A DNA stretch of 64,000 nucleotides from a virus (Duplodnaviria; Caudoviricetes), in the IMG/VR virus record IMGVR_UViG_3300032239_001501, positions 1 to 64,000 of that record; one strand, 5' to 3'. How positions within the stretch are numbered: the first letter of the stretch is position 1; each line of letters opens with the position of its first letter. The notes under the pieces are model-generated. The model did no database searches. It was not told the DNA's origin and saw nothing but the letters and a program-made list of their open reading frames with translations. This document shows positions 1-10,401 of this stretch, one piece after another. The translations under genes and the position numbers were made by a program.

Positions 1-1025
1 CCAGATGTTCCACTTGTTCCTGAAGAACCATCCGAACCAGAAGTTCCACTTGTTCCTGAAGAGCCATCCGAACCAGAAGTTCCTGATGTACCATTAGTAC
101 CTGAAGTTCCGTCAATACCACTAACACCTGAAGTACCACTAGTTCCTGATGAACCTGATGATCCAGTATTTCCTGTTATTACTACTGTAATATTTCCATT
201 TCCATTATCTACAACGGATGCACCACTAAATGTAATTCCTGAAACAGGATTTACTGTTGTTGTACCATCACTCACTGATAAGGCTGATCCTGACCCTGAA
301 GTAAATCCAGTAATATTAACTACTGAACCATCACTATTATTTAAAGTTAAAGTTGAACTACCACTATTGTATGTTCCTCCAGTTACAGTGCCTGTAAATC
401 CTGTGATTGTCACAGTTCCACCTGTATTATTAAATAAATCTAAAGTTGTTGTTGCAGAATAATAAGTTCCTCCTGTAATTTGAATATCAGTACCCCAAAA
501 TATTTTCCATCTTGAATTATCTCTTGTATAACCACTAACACCTTCAATTGTTGAACCAGTCCATGCATCAATGAATGCTACCCCCTCTGGAGTGTCATCA
601 TAGGCTTCATAAGAATTTCCAAAATCAATAATAGACCCAACCGCTTCAGCAGCATCCCATAACGCAGTATATCCCGAAATTGTGTATTGATATACTGTGT
701 CTGTTTCATGAACATACACCTGCATACCTAATCTTCTACGACCTGAAGAAATACTATCATTTTGAAGGAGTAATGTATTAGGAATAGAATAAGGAACATT
801 ATATACAAAACTAATTGGTGTTGCATTTCCAGAATAATTTACAGACCCTCCATATAATAATATGTCCGGCGGAATTACCCAATTTAAGTTGGATAAATAA
901 TATACTTCCATATAACCACCAATTCCAAGTACACTAAAATTAGTACCTGTGTCACTTTCCCTATAAACAGAATCTGCCGCCTGTAAAACAGTTGATGATA
1001 CGGGATTTTTATACTGAAAACTCAT
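1..1025 (-). CDS. Collagen-like (Gly-X-Y) repeat protein, probable tail fibre or virion appendage; 3' end runs off the window
   Basis: Absent from the ORF track. ATG at 1025 (MSFQYKNPVSSTVLQAADSV...) is in frame with GNTGSSGSSGTSGTSGVSGIDGTSGTNGTSGTSGSDGSSGTSG at the window edge. I read both ends and did not translate every codon between them. Confidence 0.75.
   Translation of the reverse strand, partial: MSFQYKNPVSSTVLQAADSVYRESDTGTNFSVLGIGGYMEVYYLSNLNWVIPPDILLYGGSVNYSGNATPISFVYNVPYSIPNTLLLQNDSISSGRRRLGMQVYVHETDTVYQYTISGYTALWDAAEAVGSIIDFGNSYEAYDDTPEGVAFIDAWTGSTIEGVSGYTRDNSRWKIFWGTDIQITGGTYYSATTTLDLFNNTGGTVTITGFTGTVTGGTYNSGSSTLTLNNSDGSVVNITGFTSGSGSALSVSDGTTTVNPVSGITFSGASVVDNGNGNITVVITGNTGSSGSSGTSGTSGVSGIDGTSGTNGTSGTSGSDGSSGTSGTSGSDGSSGTSGTS
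7..78. repeat. 36-bp tandem duplication inside the collagen-like coding repeat
   Basis: gttccacttgttcctgaagaaccatccgaaccagaa (7-42) and gttccacttgttcctgaagagccatccgaaccagaa (43-78) differ at one base. Confidence 0.85.
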
Positions 1026-1055
1026 AATTTTTTATTTTTAAAATATTTTTATTTT

Positions 1056-3185
1056 TTACGCAATTAGTGTTCCTCCTTGGAAATACCAGTTATTTCCACC
1101 ATTTGTTATGTTTGACCCATTGTTTGGTTTAGTGGTATAAACCCTATAAACTCCCGCAGGTATATTTGTTGATCCTGTATAGTTAACAACAAAATTATAA
1201 TAAACCGAATTAACTACAGTATCAGTTGCTGGCGGATTAGCATTTCCGTTTTTAATTGTTGAATACTTTTGTCCGTTTGTAGATCCTGTCGCAACCATCC
1301 AAGTATACCACCCAATTTCTCCAGGTGGAACTATTGTATTTGGAACTTGAATTGTTTGGAATTTATATGCAACAATAGTATTACCCCAAATATCAGAACC
1401 TCCTGATGTTGTTGATATTGGTGCCGTTATAATTGCAGGTTCCGAAGTTCCCCATCCACTATAAGCAATATACGCGTTCATTTGAGCAGTAAATGTTACT
1501 TGTGACGCAGTATTTGGAGATGTTAAATTAAATCCTCTAAATGCACTTCCTTGAGCTGCCATATAGTTATTCAATGCTGTTCTAATTGTAACATCATTTC
1601 TATCAATGAATAAGTAAGCAAGTAATGATGGTTGACTTGGTGAAGGTGTTTGGGTTGGAGTTGCTGTAGTAGTTGGAGTTGCGGTTAAAGTAGTAGTTGT
1701 AGTTGGTGTTTGGGTTGGTGTTTCAGTATTAGTCGGCGTTTGTGTTATTGTTTCAGTTGGAGTTTGTGTTGGCGTATCACTTGCAGTATTAGTTGGTGTA
1801 TTTGTTGGTGTTACCGTTGGAGTTTGAGTCGGAGTGTCACTTGCAGTATTAGTTGGAGTGTTAGTTGGTGTTACCGTTGGAGTTTGAGTTGGCGTATCAC
1901 TTGCAGTATTAGTTGGAGTTTGAGTCGGAGTATCACTTGCAGTATTTGTTGGAGTTGCAGTATTTGTTGGCGTTTCTGTATTTGTTGGAGTATTAGTAGG
2001 AGTTTGTGTTATTGTTTCAGTTGGAGTTTGTGTATTAGTTGGAGTATTAGTAGGAGTTTCTGTTGGTGTATTTGTTGGTGTATCACTTGGAGTATTAGTT
2101 GGCGTTGCGGTTAATGTTGTTGTAGTCGTTGGTGTTTGTGTATTAGTTGGCGTATTAGTTGGAGTATTGGTAGGAGTCGCAGTTTGAGTTTCAGTTGCAG
2201 TCGGAGTTCCTCCAGCCGTTGCTGTTGTTGTTGCAGTTGGAGTCTGAGTTTCAGTATTTGTCGGAGTTTGTGTATTAGTTGGTGTATTTGTTGGAGTTAC
2301 ACTAGGTGTATTTGTTGGCGTCTCACTAGGTGTATTTGTAGGAGTTTCTGTTTGAGTTGGAGTATTTGTTGGCGTCTCACTAGGTGTATTTGTTGGAGTT
2401 TCACTAGGTGTATTTGTTGGTGTATCACTAGGTGTATTAGTTGGAGTTGCAGTTAATGTTGTTGTAGTTGTTGGTGTCTGTGTTTGAGTTTCTGTTGGTG
2501 TATTAGTTGGAGTATCACTTGGAGTGTTTGTTGGTGTTGATGTAGGAGTTTCAGTTTGGGACGCAGTAATAGATGGCGTAGGTGTTTGTGTCTCTGTCGC
2601 AGTTGGTGTTAATCCCACAGTTACACTTGGAGTTGGAGTATTTGTTGGAGTTGGAGTAGTTGTTGGAGTTTCAGTTTGTGTTGGAGTATTTGTTGGTGTC
2701 TCACTAGGTGTATTAGTTGGTGTATTGGTTGTAGTATTTGTTGGCGTTTGTGTTTGAGTTATAGTATTTGTTGGCGTATTAGTTGGTGTTTGTGTTGTAG
2801 TATTAGTTGGAGTATTTGTCGGAGTATCACTAGGTGTATTAGTAGGAGTTTGTGTTTGAGTTGGTGTGTTAGTAGGCGTTTCTGTATTTGTTGGCGTATT
2901 AGTTGGTGTTGCAATTGCAGATGTTGCTGACGGTGTTGGAGTCGGAGTTGGAGTAGTACATTCAAATGTAACCACAACACCATTTAACATTTCCGTTCTT
3001 GTTTGTGCTGAATAAATTGGAGTTGATCCTGTTGTATCAACATATACATTAAACGGGCCAATGGCGTTAGAATTTGAAGCTAATCTTACTATATAGGAAG
3101 AGCATCCTGATACAGATAGTTGTTGAGCAATTTCATTATTACAACCAGGAGCAGTATTTGTTACAATTATTGAATAAGTTGACAT
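1056..3185 (-). CDS. Thr/Pro-rich (TPTNTPT) mucin-like protein with small N- and C-terminal domains; probable virion surface or fibre protein
   Basis: About 440 aa of TPT(N/Q/E/V) repeats between a Cys-containing N-domain and a ~190-aa globular C-domain; lies in the tail/fibre gene cluster. Confidence 0.7.
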   Translation of the reverse strand: MSTYSIIVTNTAPGCNNEIAQQLSVSGCSSYIVRLASNSNAIGPFNVYVDTTGSTPIYSAQTRTEMLNGVVVTFECTTPTPTPTPSATSAIATPTNTPTNTETPTNTPTQTQTPTNTPSDTPTNTPTNTTTQTPTNTPTNTITQTQTPTNTTTNTPTNTPSETPTNTPTQTETPTTTPTPTNTPTPSVTVGLTPTATETQTPTPSITASQTETPTSTPTNTPSDTPTNTPTETQTQTPTTTTTLTATPTNTPSDTPTNTPSETPTNTPSETPTNTPTQTETPTNTPSETPTNTPSVTPTNTPTNTQTPTNTETQTPTATTTATAGGTPTATETQTATPTNTPTNTPTNTQTPTTTTTLTATPTNTPSDTPTNTPTETPTNTPTNTQTPTETITQTPTNTPTNTETPTNTATPTNTASDTPTQTPTNTASDTPTQTPTVTPTNTPTNTASDTPTQTPTVTPTNTPTNTASDTPTQTPTETITQTPTNTETPTQTPTTTTTLTATPTTTATPTQTPSPSQPSLLAYLFIDRNDVTIRTALNNYMAAQGSAFRGFNLTSPNTASQVTFTAQMNAYIAYSGWGTSEPAIITAPISTTSGGSDIWGNTIVAYKFQTIQVPNTIVPPGEIGWYTWMVATGSTNGQKYSTIKNGNANPPATDTVVNSVYYNFVVNYTGSTNIPAGVYRVYTTKPNNGSNITNGGNNWYFQGGTLIA
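1640..2960. repeat. Degenerate 12/24/60-bp coding tandem repeats (Thr-Pro array)
   Basis: Repeated units such as gtattagttggt and gtatttgttgga; near-duplicate [20 protein letters not shown] blocks. Confidence 0.85.
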
Positions 3186-3200
3186 CCGCAGATTTTATTT

Positions 3201-3208
3201 AATAAATA
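3201..3208 (-). promoter_or_regulatory. TATTTATN motif (putative phage late promoter)
   Basis: Sense TATTTATT 15 nt upstream of ATG 3185; the motif recurs before many structural genes. Confidence 0.5.
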
Positions 3209-3276
3209 CCGCAGATATAATATTTGATGCTAATTATTTGATTAAAATACCATGAATATATTTTTTATACATCAAT

Positions 3277-3654
3277 TTAAGAAATTGAGCAATTACAAGA
3301 AGGGTCTTCTACATTTAAACTGAATGAGCAGCTTGCGTCTTGAATAGTTATATCAACAACACAAGAAACAAGATTAACCGTAATTTCAAATGAACAACCA
3401 AAAGTACAATCAAGAATTTTAAATACTTGGCATCCATTTGCATCTGTTAATAATAACATAATTTGAGGAGCAGTACTAAAAATTGAAGGTATTGTTGTAT
3501 TACCGGAATTATAAGTTTCTGTTGGCGGTACAGGTCCTGATGTAATTGTTGCAATATTAGTCAAATTATTACCGTAAACATCAGCAATACTAACTATAAT
3601 AGGGTATGTACCCCCTGATATCATATCAATTCTTATCTGGGTCATTTTAAACAC
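3277..3654 (-). CDS. Small Cys-containing hypothetical structural protein with a partial SprB-like repeat (ISGGTYP...LTDANGC); true start may be 3645
   Basis: ORF track; motif resembles the neighbouring SprB-like repeats; ATGA overlap with the upstream stop. Confidence 0.6.
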   Translation of the reverse strand: MFKMTQIRIDMISGGTYPIIVSIADVYGNNLTNIATITSGPVPPTETYNSGNTTIPSIFSTAPQIMLLLTDANGCQVFKILDCTFGCSFEITVNLVSCVVDITIQDASCSFSLNVEDPSCNCSIS

Positions 3655-5801
3655 ATTATATCATAGACAATATTCAATTTAATAATTATTTCTTGTCCGT
3701 TTAGTGAAAAATTGCTAGTACTTGTTTGTATTGTTATCTGGTTATTAAGTGAATCAATAATAACTCCACTAACACCATTAATTCCTAATAATATACTTTT
3801 AACTGTATCATACCATAAATTATCACTTGGTCCAACATTCAATGTTGTTGCGGTAAAGAATGGTACGCTTATTGAAGTTCCTAATGGATTAACAAGAACT
3901 TGGGCAGTATAAACAGCGGTAATTAAATCACAATTTGTATTACCTGATGTGAGGTCAGCAAAACCTTCATTCATCATTTGAAGTAATCCATATTTAGTTG
4001 GTGATTGTATTTGAAATAATTCCGATCCCATTGTGTAACTCTCATAAGAAACATATGATGTTGCACAATTTATTGAAGTTGTTCTTTTCAATGTACATCC
4101 TGTTGAATCTGTTATAACAACACTATATGTTCCTGCAGTTAATGCTGAAACTTGTATTTGTTGTGGATTACCTGAAACATTATCGGACCATTGATATGTG
4201 AATGGCGGAGTTCCTGACGTTATGAATGCTGTTATAGTTCCACTTGTACCTCCTCCACAAGATGTACTATAAAGTGAATAATCAAGTTGTGGACTTGATT
4301 CAACATATACATTTGCCGTTTGAATACAACCTGTTGCATCATTAACTGTAATAATATGTTGCCCTGAAGCCACATTTGAAAATGTTACCGCAGTTAAGTT
4401 AGTATCTATAATATTGTTTACTCCATCTAAAGAAAAATCAAATGGCTCTGTTCCACCTGTTGTTCTGGTAACAATAATTCTTCCATTTCTTTGATTACAT
4501 GTAGTACCTGTTACATCTGTTGAAATTGTAAATAAATTTTCTGTATATATTGTTTTTTCAACTATATAATTACAGCCAGAAGAATCACTTACAGCAACTG
4601 TATATGTTCCGCTAACAAGATCTGCAAATAATTGTGTTGTTTGATTATTACTAACATTTAATGAATTACCGTCAGGGTATATTAATGTGTACGAATATGG
4701 TGTTACTCCTCCAACAACATTTACAGTTATTTGACCATTTGTGGTAGAGCAACTAGAATTTTGTGCACTAACACTTACAGATGATATACCTTGTGGTGAT
4801 ACTATACTTGTTCCAACCACTATACTACATAAACCAGCATCTGTTACTTGAATTGAATAATCTCCAGAAGATAACCCTGAAATTGTATATTGTTGAGAAT
4901 ACGATATTAAAACATCTCCTGTTGATGCAGAATAATAATATGGTGCAGTTCCTCCTGTTATGGTTAAAGTTAAACTACCATCACTAGAAAAACAAGTAGG
5001 TGGAGTCGTGGTAAACGAACCAAAACCAATTGGATTAACATTATCTACAGTTGCAGAGTTACTTAAATTACACCCATAAACATCCGTTACTTGAACAGAA
5101 TAAACTCCTGCAGTAAGACCTGTAATACTACTAGTGGTAGCACTATTACTCCAAAGATAAGTGAAAGGTCCATTACCTGTTAACCCCGTAACATATATTT
5201 TTCCGATATTATTATATCCACCACAATTTGAATTTGGTACAGAATATAACCCATAACTCATAGGTTGTGATTCTTCAATAATAAAAGTTTCACTTCTTCC
5301 AGTACATCCCCCTAAATCTTCGGCAATCATATAATAAGTTCCTGCCGTTAAACTTCCAAATATTACTGTAGCTTGATTTGTTATTGCTGATTGGCTAAAC
5401 ACATTATCTGAGTGATAAAGATAAAAATTAGTTGATGAATATTGTGATGTTGAACTTCCCGTTACAGATCCGTTATTTTGAGAACATGTAGTACTTTGTA
5501 TCCCTAAAATATTACAACAAACCCCTGATGATATGGGTATATTAATGTAAAAATCATTATTAGTTGGAACTGTACTATCATTAATTCTAACTGAATATGT
5601 ACCTGAATATAGTCCACTTCTACTTGACGGAACCGTAGTTACAACATCAACACCTAAATTTGGTTGGTACCAATCAACAGTATATGGTGAAGTACCTCCG
5701 GTAACAGATACTGTTGCCGCTCCTAATTGAGAATTAGAACAATTTCCTGTTACAGATAAACTGTAATTAAATGATACTGGTGGTAGTGGAGCTTGTGGCA
5801 T
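3642..5801 (-). CDS. SprB-like repeat beta-sandwich protein (putative adhesin or tail appendage)
   Basis: About 7 repeats of C-x(4)-G-x-I-x-V-x-GGTxPY-x-Y...L-x-x-G-x-Y-x-V-x-V-x-D-x-x-GC, the pattern of Bacteroidota SprB/PKD-type repeats. Confidence 0.7.
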   Translation of the reverse strand: MPQAPLPPVSFNYSLSVTGNCSNSQLGAATVSVTGGTSPYTVDWYQPNLGVDVVTTVPSSRSGLYSGTYSVRINDSTVPTNNDFYINIPISSGVCCNILGIQSTTCSQNNGSVTGSSTSQYSSTNFYLYHSDNVFSQSAITNQATVIFGSLTAGTYYMIAEDLGGCTGRSETFIIEESQPMSYGLYSVPNSNCGGYNNIGKIYVTGLTGNGPFTYLWSNSATTSSITGLTAGVYSVQVTDVYGCNLSNSATVDNVNPIGFGSFTTTPPTCFSSDGSLTLTITGGTAPYYYSASTGDVLISYSQQYTISGLSSGDYSIQVTDAGLCSIVVGTSIVSPQGISSVSVSAQNSSCSTTNGQITVNVVGGVTPYSYTLIYPDGNSLNVSNNQTTQLFADLVSGTYTVAVSDSSGCNYIVEKTIYTENLFTISTDVTGTTCNQRNGRIIVTRTTGGTEPFDFSLDGVNNIIDTNLTAVTFSNVASGQHIITVNDATGCIQTANVYVESSPQLDYSLYSTSCGGGTSGTITAFITSGTPPFTYQWSDNVSGNPQQIQVSALTAGTYSVVITDSTGCTLKRTTSINCATSYVSYESYTMGSELFQIQSPTKYGLLQMMNEGFADLTSGNTNCDLITAVYTAQVLVNPLGTSISVPFFTATTLNVGPSDNLWYDTVKSILLGINGVSGVIIDSLNNQITIQTSTSNFSLNGQEIIIKLNIVYDIMCLK

Positions 5802-8800
5802 TATTTATTATTACAATTTATATTTATCATTATACCTGCATTTAAACTAACTATTTCATTTAAATTTTTTGGTTCACAAACCAAACTAGTAATTCTTAAG
5901 TTATTCCCATTAAGGAAATAAGTAAACCCATAATCATATAACATTGGAAGAGATTCTATTAAAGCGTTTCTCCATTGACTATTTGTTGGTACATCAGTAC
6001 TTCCATATCCAACATAAAATAATGTATTAATTACCGTATCATTTCCAATAGTCAAATTAACATACCAATCTGATTGAATAGAATCAGCAATACATTGTGT
6101 TGACGATAAGTTATTTTGAACTAATAAATCCGTCACTCTATTATTTAGTATTGCACTAAAATTAGAAACATTTGTATCTCCGTTTAACCAGGGATATATA
6201 TAAAAATCAACATACTCGGTTGCACAGTTGTATTGGAATATATTTCCAATAATATAACAAGGATCTATAGGAACTGGAATAAATTGACAACCTCTTTGTC
6301 TTCTATAAACAAACTTTTGTTTTTGTAAAATAGAGTTTTCATATCTAATACCCCCATTCCAAATTGTTGTTGCAGGAATCATTTGTTCCACCAACTTTGT
6401 CCAATAAGGACCAATACCTTCAACATAGTCAATTAATTTTTGATATGTGTATTTGTTATTTGGTATTCCCACAGTTGCCTCAGATTCAATATATTTCCAC
6501 CAAAGTGATTGTAATGTTGGATATCCTCCCGTTTTACCATCAGTTATATATTGTCTATTTCTTGTGTTAATCATATTCTGCCAAAAAGTTTGAGAGAATT
6601 CAAAGAATGTTTTTTTCTTTGGTTGAGGATCAATATAAGTCCAATCAACTCCACCAGGAACAGGATAACCAACAGTCAACCCTGATTCAGGAATAGGATA
6701 ATTATATTTAACTGATGAATCCCATACACCATAAACCAATCCTTGTCCAGGGTTCATAAAAAGATCCACATTCTTAACATTTAATACAAGTTTTTCATTA
6801 TCAACAAAATAATAAGCATTATAACCACCTTGAGTCGCCAATCTTATTTTATTATCTTCTTGTAACCAACTTTTATTATTATCCGCAATTTTAGTTAATT
6901 TAAATCCTTCAGTCATATAAGGGAAATCTCTAAATCTATTTAGATATGTTTGCCCATAGGTGAATGGTAAAAGTTGAGTTTGTATATCATAGTTTTGTCC
7001 TGTATAAACATCCCCATTAATTTGAACATTATCAGGACTTCTATGTTGTGGCGTTGTCTCATACCAACCAGCTCCTATTTGGAAAAAGTAATTTTCTGTA
7101 TCAATTGGAGCTCTTGGGTATCCTTCAATATCCATAGGATATTCTTCTAATCGTATATTTGTATCTTCATATACTGAACTTGAAGTAAACGCAGTAAATG
7201 TTTGTCCTTTTACTTTATAGGTATCTCCAGGAATATATGTTGGTGATGTATTAACATATGTACCTCCTGATATTTGAGCATATTGAGTATAAAATTGGTC
7301 AAGATTTATTTTTTGGTCTGCCAAATAAACATATTCATTGTACTCAATTAAAGAATCTGGCGCACCAATCAATCTCATTAGAAATTCAACCGATTTTCTT
7401 GTTCCTTTTGATTTAAACAAGTAGGCAGCATTTAAAATAAGATTTCTATAAAAATTATAATTTATTTCTGTAGGAGTAAGCGCTCTTGCATAACCAGGAT
7501 ATGTTGGAGTATTTGTATTACCAAAAATAGAACCTAAAAAATCTTCATTAGTTATGGGTGAAAAATTGGAAGTCCATCCTAATGTTTGGGATAAATTAAC
7601 TAATAATTGTGAAGGAATATCATTCTCAGGATTATAGTTCACTGAGTTCATATAAGCCAACGCGTCAATAAATTGTTTTACTTGGTCAAAACTCCTACCG
7701 TAGACTTGTAAAACTTTTTCAACCTTTCTACCTAAAGTATCAAATTCTTTTAACGAATCACTTACTAAAAATCTTGAAATTAAATTTGTTTTAAATTCAT
7801 CTAAATTAACTGCAATGTCTTGAAGTTGTCCTAAATAACTATCAAAATTAAATGACCTAATATCTAAATTCCATAAACCATCTTTTGGCCATGTAACTTG
7901 TTCATTGTTAGTATAATATTGACCAGCTTCATTTTGTTGTGGCACTTGGAATACTGCAGTATATTCAGGTCTAACTAATCTATTAACTAAAAATTTTTCT
8001 ACCTCATCAAAAGTCTCGGCAAATACTTTATCAACAATATAATCATTTGGTCTAATTAAATAATTTAAATAAACTTCAGTATTTCCTGTTCCAAATGGTG
8101 CTCCTTGAACATAAAATTCCAAATACCCACTAGTAAGACTAACTGATGGAGAAAATCCAACTATTTTAAATATATTATTTTCACCTTGATCATTTGTAAA
8201 AGCAATACAATAATCAAGATAGGTATCATACAAATTTCTATATGGAGATACTGTAATTTCTCTTGCGCTTAAGTTAGTTGATGCACTATATGAATAATCA
8301 ATATCAAATGGATTATTAAATCTATCAACATTTACTTTGAAATAAGTTTCATTTTGAACAGAATCGTATGATATATTATAAGCTGTTGATGCAGTAACAA
8401 ATGACATGTTATTAAACATCACATCAATTGCTGCTGGAAAATAATTTATAATGTGAAGTACAGAAACACTAAACCTTTTAGATAGTGCCCCATACATTGA
8501 AAAATTAAGAACTTGAGAAACATCATAATTAGGATAAACTCTAAATTGAGTCGCCATAATACGTCTGCTTTCCGCCAAATCCTCAATATTCATACTATCA
8601 AGAGTCATTGGTTCAGAGAACGCACCTACATTAAATTTTCTATTAACTTTTTCAGTTACTCCAGTAGTAAATTCAAAATTTCCTTGAGTAAGACCACCTC
8701 CTTGCACAGTTTGTAATCCAACAATATTATCAGAAAAAGTTGCCGCTCCACTACCAGGTACTGGTGGATAAAAATATTTTGTATTTTTTATTGTTGTTGC

Positions 8801-8803
8801 CAT
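5801..8803 (-). CDS. Putative baseplate wedge subunit (gp7 / P2 gpI-like)
   Basis: Segment YRNLILNAAYLFKSKGTRKSVEFLMRLIG matches the K-G-T motif of wedge proteins; baseplate context. Confidence 0.55.
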   Translation of the reverse strand: MATTIKNTKYFYPPVPGSGAATFSDNIVGLQTVQGGGLTQGNFEFTTGVTEKVNRKFNVGAFSEPMTLDSMNIEDLAESRRIMATQFRVYPNYDVSQVLNFSMYGALSKRFSVSVLHIINYFPAAIDVMFNNMSFVTASTAYNISYDSVQNETYFKVNVDRFNNPFDIDYSYSASTNLSAREITVSPYRNLYDTYLDYCIAFTNDQGENNIFKIVGFSPSVSLTSGYLEFYVQGAPFGTGNTEVYLNYLIRPNDYIVDKVFAETFDEVEKFLVNRLVRPEYTAVFQVPQQNEAGQYYTNNEQVTWPKDGLWNLDIRSFNFDSYLGQLQDIAVNLDEFKTNLISRFLVSDSLKEFDTLGRKVEKVLQVYGRSFDQVKQFIDALAYMNSVNYNPENDIPSQLLVNLSQTLGWTSNFSPITNEDFLGSIFGNTNTPTYPGYARALTPTEINYNFYRNLILNAAYLFKSKGTRKSVEFLMRLIGAPDSLIEYNEYVYLADQKINLDQFYTQYAQISGGTYVNTSPTYIPGDTYKVKGQTFTAFTSSSVYEDTNIRLEEYPMDIEGYPRAPIDTENYFFQIGAGWYETTPQHRSPDNVQINGDVYTGQNYDIQTQLLPFTYGQTYLNRFRDFPYMTEGFKLTKIADNNKSWLQEDNKIRLATQGGYNAYYFVDNEKLVLNVKNVDLFMNPGQGLVYGVWDSSVKYNYPIPESGLTVGYPVPGGVDWTYIDPQPKKKTFFEFSQTFWQNMINTRNRQYITDGKTGGYPTLQSLWWKYIESEATVGIPNNKYTYQKLIDYVEGIGPYWTKLVEQMIPATTIWNGGIRYENSILQKQKFVYRRQRGCQFIPVPIDPCYIIGNIFQYNCATEYVDFYIYPWLNGDTNVSNFSAILNNRVTDLLVQNNLSSTQCIADSIQSDWYVNLTIGNDTVINTLFYVGYGSTDVPTNSQWRNALIESLPMLYDYGFTYFLNGNNLRITSLVCEPKNLNEIVSLNAGIMININCNNK

Positions 8804-9711
8804 TATGCTGTTATGTTTGTAAAGTTCTTACTAAAATCAATATTAGCTCCTCTACTTTGTCTAACCTCATATAACAATGCGTTAAATTGGTCTCTAATTT
8901 CATATAAGTTATATTGTCTGTAAATGTTATTTTGAGAATCATAGATTGTGTACACACCATCATCAATAGATTTAGTTTGATTACCATAAAGAGCAATCGC
9001 AAGTGATGATATATCGTACTCAACCATTTCAACTTCTATTGAAATAGGATTAAAATATGTATTTGAAATAATAATGCCTTGACTTGGCTGTCCAATATAT
9101 GGAGTAGCGTTTGGTTTGTTTGAAGGTGATGAAGATGGTGATAATGTTAAAAATAATAAATTAGCACTTCCATCAACATATCTATATCTAATAGATTTTT
9201 GAGTTGTATTAACTTCATTAGTAACAACTGGTTCACAAAAGAAACATGAAGTCACTACTCTAAAAAAGTTTGGTATTTTTGAACCATCAGCGTTTAAATA
9301 TTCCACTCTAAATCCAACAAGTCCTTGTGATACAAATTTATTTTGATATTGAACGGGAACATTTGTTAAATCAACAACAATACCCTTAACATTTGGTAAT
9401 GCACTTAATACTCCACAATCCGTAATTGTTGTTCTAATCTGAGCAGGTCTTACATATAGAGTATAAATTCCAAGAGCATTAAATTGTTGTGCTGGTAGAG
9501 TGAGATTATATAATCCTCCTAATACTTCAACACCGGCATTTCCACCTGTTTCAGAATTATTAAAATATGGCTTTAAAACGCTTTGGGCATCAAGTGATGT
9601 AAGCACATAATTATCTGTGACATCCCTACTGGGTGTATACACCATCTGTATCTCCACATCTTGTGGTGATACATCTGATGGTCTAATTGTACCGTAACTT
9701 CCAATACTCAT
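8803..9711 (-). CDS. Hypothetical virion structural protein
   Basis: 302-aa beta-rich ORF translationally coupled within the structural operon. Confidence 0.55.
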   Translation of the reverse strand: MSIGSYGTIRPSDVSPQDVEIQMVYTPSRDVTDNYVLTSLDAQSVLKPYFNNSETGGNAGVEVLGGLYNLTLPAQQFNALGIYTLYVRPAQIRTTITDCGVLSALPNVKGIVVDLTNVPVQYQNKFVSQGLVGFRVEYLNADGSKIPNFFRVVTSCFFCEPVVTNEVNTTQKSIRYRYVDGSANLLFLTLSPSSSPSNKPNATPYIGQPSQGIIISNTYFNPISIEVEMVEYDISSLAIALYGNQTKSIDDGVYTIYDSQNNIYRQYNLYEIRDQFNALLYEVRQSRGANIDFSKNFTNITA

Positions 9712-9712
9712 T

Positions 9713-10387
9713 TTATATTTCTTTTAATATTTTATTACTTTTTTTTAAGTTATCTTCAGCCCATAATGGTTGAAGATTTGTATAATGACATAATTTATAA
9801 ATCTCATCTTCAGATTTGGAAGAAGATAATGGAATTATATGGTCAATATGTATTTCTTTTCCCATTTTATCCCAAGACATTCCTTCAGTAAATTTTTTTT
9901 CTAAATGTTCTTTAAGAAAATTAGGAGAACATCCAATAATTTTTATTGATGAGTTATTCTTCACAATATTCATTTTTCTAATATAAAAATTAGTTCTTAC
10001 TCTTAAATAATGTACTAATTTATGTAAAGTATCATTTTTTCTTCTTTCTCTTTCAGTCTGATTTCTTTTTTCTTTATTCTCTTGTCTCCAATTTTTAGTT
10101 TTTTCTCTAATTTTTTCACAATTTTTAATATGATAATCCGATTTTCGTTTTTTTATTTTTTCAATATTATTTTCTCTGTATTTTTTTGTATTAGATAAAA
10201 CTTTTTCAATATTGTCTTTATAATATAAATTGGACTTATTTAATATATTTTTTTTATTATTAATATAATATTCTTTAAAATATTCTTTAACACATTTATT
10301 ACACCTACTTTCATATTGTTCAGTATTTTTACGATAAGTAAAATTTTCTAATGATTTCTTAACCTTACACTTACTACAAACTTTCAT
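9713..10387 (-). CDS. Free-standing HNH endonuclease with N-terminal CxxC..CxxC zinc finger (homing endonuclease-like)
   Basis: MKVCSKC...CNKC, Lys-rich linker, HIDHIIP...CHYTNLQPLWAEDNLKK. Start moved from 10393 to 10387 by analogy with the paralogue MKKCSKC at 53840. Confidence 0.8.
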   Translation of the reverse strand: MKVCSKCKVKKSLENFTYRKNTEQYESRCNKCVKEYFKEYYINNKKNILNKSNLYYKDNIEKVLSNTKKYRENNIEKIKKRKSDYHIKNCEKIREKTKNWRQENKEKRNQTERERRKNDTLHKLVHYLRVRTNFYIRKMNIVKNNSSIKIIGCSPNFLKEHLEKKFTEGMSWDKMGKEIHIDHIIPLSSSKSEDEIYKLCHYTNLQPLWAEDNLKKSNKILKEI

Positions 10388-10401
10388 ATTCATAAATACC
10401 C

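Noticed and set aside
1-2960. Tandem repeats as a possible CRISPR array
   Set aside because: Periods are multiples of 3, degenerate at wobble positions and inside ORFs; there are no unique spacers and no cas genes.
1710-2983. Alternative-frame ORFs rich in Cys/Trp/Ser or Val/Gly over the Thr-Pro gene
   Set aside because: Shadow frames produced by the stop-poor repeat; no independent signals.
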